From positions 23,989 through 87,988 of the forward strand of contig DATKUO010000238.1 in NCBI GenBank assembly GCA_035530515.1: a DNA stretch of 64,000 nt, written 5' to 3'. Made by a program: the position numbers and the translations under genes. The notes beneath the pieces were generated by a model that saw only the letters and a list, made by a program, of their open reading frames with translations, was not told the DNA's origin and did no database searches. This DNA is from Bacteroidales bacterium. Its GTDB lineage: Bacteria > Bacteroidota > Bacteroidia > Bacteroidales > VadinHA17. Positions within the stretch are counted from its first letter, which is position 1. The number at the start of each line of letters is the position of its first letter. Below are positions 59,606-64,000 of the stretch, piece by piece.

Positions 59606-62600
59606 TTATTTCTGAAGAATTCTTTTAACCATGCATAATAGTATTTCAGCATATTCTGAAGGCAAGAATTGCCGGTAGAAATTTATGGTGCGGCGCATTT
59701 TCACATTTTCATCATTCCAAATTGTATCGTCTTTCCCTGTCATGGCTAAAGCTGATTTTACTGGAGAGATCAGTAATCCCCTCACATAAACTGGTAATTC
59801 AGCATTCATTGCTTGGGGGAATAAATCTTTCCATTCATTGGGAATAAAAACTAAATATTCTGGTAAATTACTATTCCCACCCAGTTTCTCTCTTATATTT
59901 TGAATCTTTATCTGAGATGGAGCAGGTACAATTTGATTAATAAGGACTTCATTATTTTCCAATAAGTTCAGTAATTCACCTGTCTCTGCATTAAGCGTAT
60001 AATTCATAAATGCTTTTTTCCATTCAAAGCTGCTAATTAGAAATCCATTTTTCATTGAATCTGGCATTCTTTCTAACAACCAATCTATTGCCTCAATCCA
60101 ATCTCCTTCCTTTATCCAGTGCCATGCAACTGCAAGTTCATTTTCGAACCTGGTTATGCCTTGCAATAAATTATCCTTATTGACATTTTGGCTTTGCCAT
60201 AAAAGATATGTCATTTTCACCATTAGTATAGGAGATAAAGAAATTGCGCGAAAGCAATTCAATGTTTTAAAAGGAAGTGAATAATTGATAACAATATTAT
60301 AATACTCAATTACTTTTCTCCATTCTTCCGAAATCTGGAAATTGTCTTCAAATGCAGGACTTTTTTCCAATGACTCATTAATTTCAATAATATTCTTTTC
60401 TTGTGGACTCAAACCACTATTATCATAAAATTCAATGTCAATTTTTTCAGATGAAAAATCAAAATAACGAGGCACCACTTGTTCATCTGCAGTTTTATCA
60501 GAGAATATAATAAACTTCTTTAAAGAAGTTCCTTCTTTTAAATTATAACTTTCACCGGAGTTTTTTCCCATCTCCTCTACAATTATTTCATCGCTTGAGC
60601 ATCCAACTGCAATTCCATATAATTTCTCTTTGTAATCTATAATATTATTGTCTTCATAATTATCGACAATAAAAATTGAATTCTTTTCATCATCTTTTTT
60701 CGTAAACAAATTGAATTCTTTAATGAAAACTACTTTATTGCCAATTTTAACCATTACTTGAGATTCTTTGTCAAATGGATCAGAATCATAAAGTAGAAAC
60801 ATTTCACGAATGTTATCTTCAAATCGACTTAACGAATGTATTCCTTGTACAAGCTGCCCCGAAATTCTTACCTTAAGGTTCTTGTAGTGTGAGACTCTCG
60901 TATCTGCATTTTGCCCCATCACAACAAATCTATAACCATACAGTGAAGATCTGCAAAGGACATGATTATTTTCGATTTCAATTCCCTGAGAATTCAAAAG
61001 AACAATTCCGCTAAAAGGTGATGCAACTGTAATTTCTAAAAATGGAGTATTTGCCTGGTTTAATTTAGGAAAAAGTCGAAATTTTGTAATCTCCGGATAT
61101 TGTATTAGATCACTCTTGCGAGATACTCTCCAAATATTCTTATCAAGACTTTCAATTACTAATCCTTGTTGATCTGAAACAGGAAAAATATCACCGCCTG
61201 ACCATTCCCACTTTATAACTCCAGATTTTTGTGTCAGATTTTGGAAATTGCAATCTAAATCTCCCGTGTAATAAAATTTTTCTTTGAAGAATTTTTTATC
61301 TGGAAACTCTATCTTGAATTCCAGCAAACCAATTGGAAGGTTTTTACCATCATATTTTTTCCATTCGCGATCTCTAAATTCCCGGAAATGAACATTACTC
61401 GCTGGTACTCTTATATGCGATTCATTGTACAAACGAATATCCGGTTTGGAAATAAGAATTTTAAAATTTGCATTTTGAACCCAATCTATTGACCAACCTG
61501 CAAACTCACATGTGTAGGAAGTTAAAGTATCATCAAATATAATTTCCTCCTCAGTTAGAGTATTTGTGAGCGTGATTGAGTCACAAAATGCAATCCAGTT
61601 AAGTGTTATTTCTGAAAGATAAACTTCTGAAGTTGATCCCACTGTACTCCAATCAAGAGGAAGAATTACCGCATTATTATTTGAATTAGAAGTTCCTGAT
61701 TTAAAAAACCAAAAGCCTTCGTTTTCGACTAATAATTGTGGGGTTTCAAAGTCAGGAACAAAACTATTAGGAGCAGTTATATCAACGATTTGGTTATTAT
61801 CTTTTTTTAATTGAAGGGAAATTACTGGTTCTCCCTTCCATTTAAAATTCATAAATTTTGATTCTCTCAAAATAAAATCACCATTAATAGATCGGATATA
61901 AGTTGCGACATATTGATTTTGTACATATAATGAAAATGAGTTGCAATCTTCTAATTGATGTTCTTCCTTATAGGAATAAGGAATTTTTTTAGCAAGCTCA
62001 ATATTATATGACAATTGCAGATTTTCTTCTAATTTGAAAATTTTCCACCTCACAGTAAAAGGTGCAGAGTGTGAAATTTCTGAGTTAGAACTTTCTTTCA
62101 GATCTTTTGTTAATTCTTTCCATTTACCTTCTTGGGCATCATATGGTAGTAAATCATCATTTTTCTCATAGATAGCTCGTGCGATTAGTAAACTTAGCTC
62201 ATATATACCTTCATTTTTAAAAGATAAAGGCAAATAATTTGTACAAGGTAAATTCTCAATGAAACTACTATCATTCCAATTAATATTTACATTTTCTGTA
62301 TGCTGAATAAGGCCTTTAAGGAATGTTTTATATACGATTATATTCTCACTATTACCCTGAATATGATTCATAGGCAAGCCACCTTGTATTAATAGGGATC
62401 GAAACCATAATCGGTTTCGACGGACAATTACAGGTATTCTTAACCGTCTACCTCCTATTTTTGCTAATTGATATAATTCCTCTGCATAATAATTACTCAA
62501 ACCTAACGATGATGAAATTGCTTCCTTACTGGTTCTTCCCCCATTATATTCTCTTCTCCACCACTCAGAGTAATACAAGGCAGCTTCATTAGCAAGTTTT

Positions 62601-62719
62601 TGATTATTTGGATAATTTATAGAAATAAATGCATCATGCAATTCCTTTTTTAATACATCATATTGTTCTTGAGTAATTTTCATTTTCCACAAAGGGATTT
62701 GCCATACTATATTTTCCAT
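59606..62719 (-). CDS. large (1037 aa) protein of unknown function, translationally linked partner of the helicase; DruH-like by position and size only
   Basis: Uninterrupted ORF ending 21 nt before the helicase ATG on the same strand. No P-loop, nuclease, methylase or Zn motif was recognised by eye. The Trp-rich N- and C-terminal regions look alpha-helical and the middle looks beta-rich. Confidence 0.6.
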   Translation of the reverse strand: MENIVWQIPLWKMKITQEQYDVLKKELHDAFISINYPNNQKLANEAALYYSEWWRREYNGGRTSKEAISSSLGLSNYYAEELYQLAKIGGRRLRIPVIVRRNRLWFRSLLIQGGLPMNHIQGNSENIIVYKTFLKGLIQHTENVNINWNDSSFIENLPCTNYLPLSFKNEGIYELSLLIARAIYEKNDDLLPYDAQEGKWKELTKDLKESSNSEISHSAPFTVRWKIFKLEENLQLSYNIELAKKIPYSYKEEHQLEDCNSFSLYVQNQYVATYIRSINGDFILRESKFMNFKWKGEPVISLQLKKDNNQIVDITAPNSFVPDFETPQLLVENEGFWFFKSGTSNSNNNAVILPLDWSTVGSTSEVYLSEITLNWIAFCDSITLTNTLTEEEIIFDDTLTSYTCEFAGWSIDWVQNANFKILISKPDIRLYNESHIRVPASNVHFREFRDREWKKYDGKNLPIGLLEFKIEFPDKKFFKEKFYYTGDLDCNFQNLTQKSGVIKWEWSGGDIFPVSDQQGLVIESLDKNIWRVSRKSDLIQYPEITKFRLFPKLNQANTPFLEITVASPFSGIVLLNSQGIEIENNHVLCRSSLYGYRFVVMGQNADTRVSHYKNLKVRISGQLVQGIHSLSRFEDNIREMFLLYDSDPFDKESQVMVKIGNKVVFIKEFNLFTKKDDEKNSIFIVDNYEDNNIIDYKEKLYGIAVGCSSDEIIVEEMGKNSGESYNLKEGTSLKKFIIFSDKTADEQVVPRYFDFSSEKIDIEFYDNSGLSPQEKNIIEINESLEKSPAFEDNFQISEEWRKVIEYYNIVINYSLPFKTLNCFRAISLSPILMVKMTYLLWQSQNVNKDNLLQGITRFENELAVAWHWIKEGDWIEAIDWLLERMPDSMKNGFLISSFEWKKAFMNYTLNAETGELLNLLENNEVLINQIVPAPSQIKIQNIREKLGGNSNLPEYLVFIPNEWKDLFPQAMNAELPVYVRGLLISPVKSALAMTGKDDTIWNDENVKMRRTINFYRQFLPSEYAEILLCMVKRILQK

Positions 62720-62902
62720 ACATATAAGATTTAAGCTGATAAGACTAAGTTGAAGTAATGTTTCATAAAATACGGCTTATTAAATCTTTAACATTCTCAA
62801 TATCTATATGTTATTTGTAATAATTAAATTCCCCTGGATATAAAATCTTGAATTCGGCTAACCTAATTCATACTCATTTACTACAAACATTATCCACCTT
62901 TC

Positions 62903-63955
62903 TCAATCGGATTTCATATAATACAATTCAATATACCATTTTATCCAGTTATTGAGCATTTTATCACCTGATCTACCTGCAGAATTTATTATATCAGATG
63001 ATTTAAATGATGAGAATTTTGGATTATTATCAATCAGATCCTTATATCTACTTATTGAACCTTCTAAAGCATCATTACCTGGATGATGAACCACAGAGAA
63101 ACTAACATTTTTATATAACCCTTCATTTTCAAGTGCAAAACCCAACAATTGATTACGCCATAACTGATTCATCCCTCCTTGAAACGGGCATGGTCCCTCT
63201 TTTTTATAATTTACATAAAAAGATTTATTAGCCTCAGTGATTTCCCAATAATTGAATTTTCTAACATCATGATAATAACATAGTTTTTTGTCCATCAGAA
63301 TATCAGAAAATGATTTCTCGCAAAGATGTATTTTATCATCTCGATTGTCACTCTTATATCCACCACATTGTGTAAATTCTTTTTCAGTGAGTTTATGTTC
63401 TATCAACCACAAGCAAAGCTCATTATCATTGTTATAATATGCTATTGCAATGTCTGAATCGGTACCCGACCTTGCTGAGTGGTCGCCTAACAATCCTTTT
63501 TCATAGGAGGAATTACCATCCCAAAACTCTATTCGGAATCCTTTGTAAAATTGATCTGTAGCCAGACTTTGAAAATCAGATTTAAGTTCACGAATAATTT
63601 CATTGACTTTAGGATTTAACAGGATCGGTAAAAACAGGTTTACATTAGCTGCCTGGGAGCTAACCATATGATTGAAATGCTGATGAAGTTTGAAAGGAAA
63701 TTTTTCTTTATGCGATAATAAGTCTGATAAAATGGGAGGATAGATCAATGGGTACTTTGTGTGAACTGACTCAGGCAAAATTGCATCATATTTATATTCT
63801 CGAGTAATGCCTTTTACTTTCTCTGTATAAATACCCTCCTCCCTTGTAATATTCTTCCATTTCCAGTTAATCAAATGCACATACAATTTTTTCTGAAACT
63901 CGCTGAGCGATTCAGGTAGTTTATATTTAATCCCATCTAGTATCTCTTCTTTCAT
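62903..63955 (-). CDS. PD-(D/E)xK restriction-endonuclease-like protein
   Basis: 350 aa. The candidate catalytic core is ...GTDSDIAIAYY(x13)LWLIEHKL... (D166/D168 ... E186-x-K188; nt 63392-63460), preceded by RIEFWD (E143). The HFNHMVSSQAANVNLFLPIL block is typical of restriction-enzyme-like families. It sits 183 nt upstream of the 1037-aa gene on the same strand. Confidence 0.55.
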   Translation of the reverse strand: MKEEILDGIKYKLPESLSEFQKKLYVHLINWKWKNITREEGIYTEKVKGITREYKYDAILPESVHTKYPLIYPPILSDLLSHKEKFPFKLHQHFNHMVSSQAANVNLFLPILLNPKVNEIIRELKSDFQSLATDQFYKGFRIEFWDGNSSYEKGLLGDHSARSGTDSDIAIAYYNNDNELCLWLIEHKLTEKEFTQCGGYKSDNRDDKIHLCEKSFSDILMDKKLCYYHDVRKFNYWEITEANKSFYVNYKKEGPCPFQGGMNQLWRNQLLGFALENEGLYKNVSFSVVHHPGNDALEGSISRYKDLIDNNPKFSSFKSSDIINSAGRSGDKMLNNWIKWYIELYYMKSD

Positions 63956-63967
63956 TTATTTTAAATC

Positions 63968-64000
63968 TTAATCCATATTTTCTTCAAATATTTCTGTTAC
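63968..64000 (-). CDS. 3' end of a further minus-strand ORF running in from beyond the window (only 10 codons visible)
   Basis: The reverse complement reads ...VTEIFEENMD-stop, with the stop at 63968-63970, 12 nt before the ATG of the nuclease-like gene. This is too short to confirm. Confidence 0.2.
   Translation of the reverse strand, partial: VTEIFEENMD

Noticed and set aside
62720-62902. A Bacteroidota TAnnTTTG promoter for the 1037-aa/helicase operon
   Set aside because: I scanned the spacer for CAAAnnTA on the + strand and found only near-misses (e.g. caaacatt), so I cannot support a promoter call from sequence alone.

Overview
This window is a chromosomal segment from a Bacteroidota-type genome. 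Three things support that assignment: a T9SS type-B C-terminal sorting domain protein, TAnnTTTG -7 promoter boxes, and an AT-rich genome with short GC-rich hairpin fillers between convergent genes. Positions 1-52.6 kb are mostly housekeeping. They carry citrate lyase citDE-citF, methylmalonyl-CoA epimerase, a larC-larE-larB nickel-pincer cofactor cluster, proS, tilS, aroC/aroB/aroQ, an ABC-F ATPase, nth, a large hybrid sensor kinase, pyk, xerD, ppdK, GTP-type PEPCK, plsY, htpG, HU, tRNA-Ser(UGA) and an AI-2E transporter. After about 0.9 kb of non-coding, decayed-looking DNA, the last ~10.5 kb (53.5-64 kb) is visibly more AT-rich. It holds a minus-strand gene set that looks like a defence island. 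The set is a 350-aa PD-(D/E)xK nuclease-like protein, a 1037-aa protein with no recognisable catalytic motifs, and 21 nt further on a 2012-aa DExH helicase with Zn-ribbons and a DUF1998-type Cys cluster. The nearest described architecture is Druantia type III (DruH-DruE). The pair is divergent and has extra modules, so it may be a new variant. Secondary items are larCEB without larA beside a Tat-exported DUF362 protein and a polyferredoxin, and an operon of two Tyr/Gly/Asn/Ser-rich exported low-complexity paralogues with a FadL-like beta-barrel. All homology calls come from motif recognition by eye. No database search was run.
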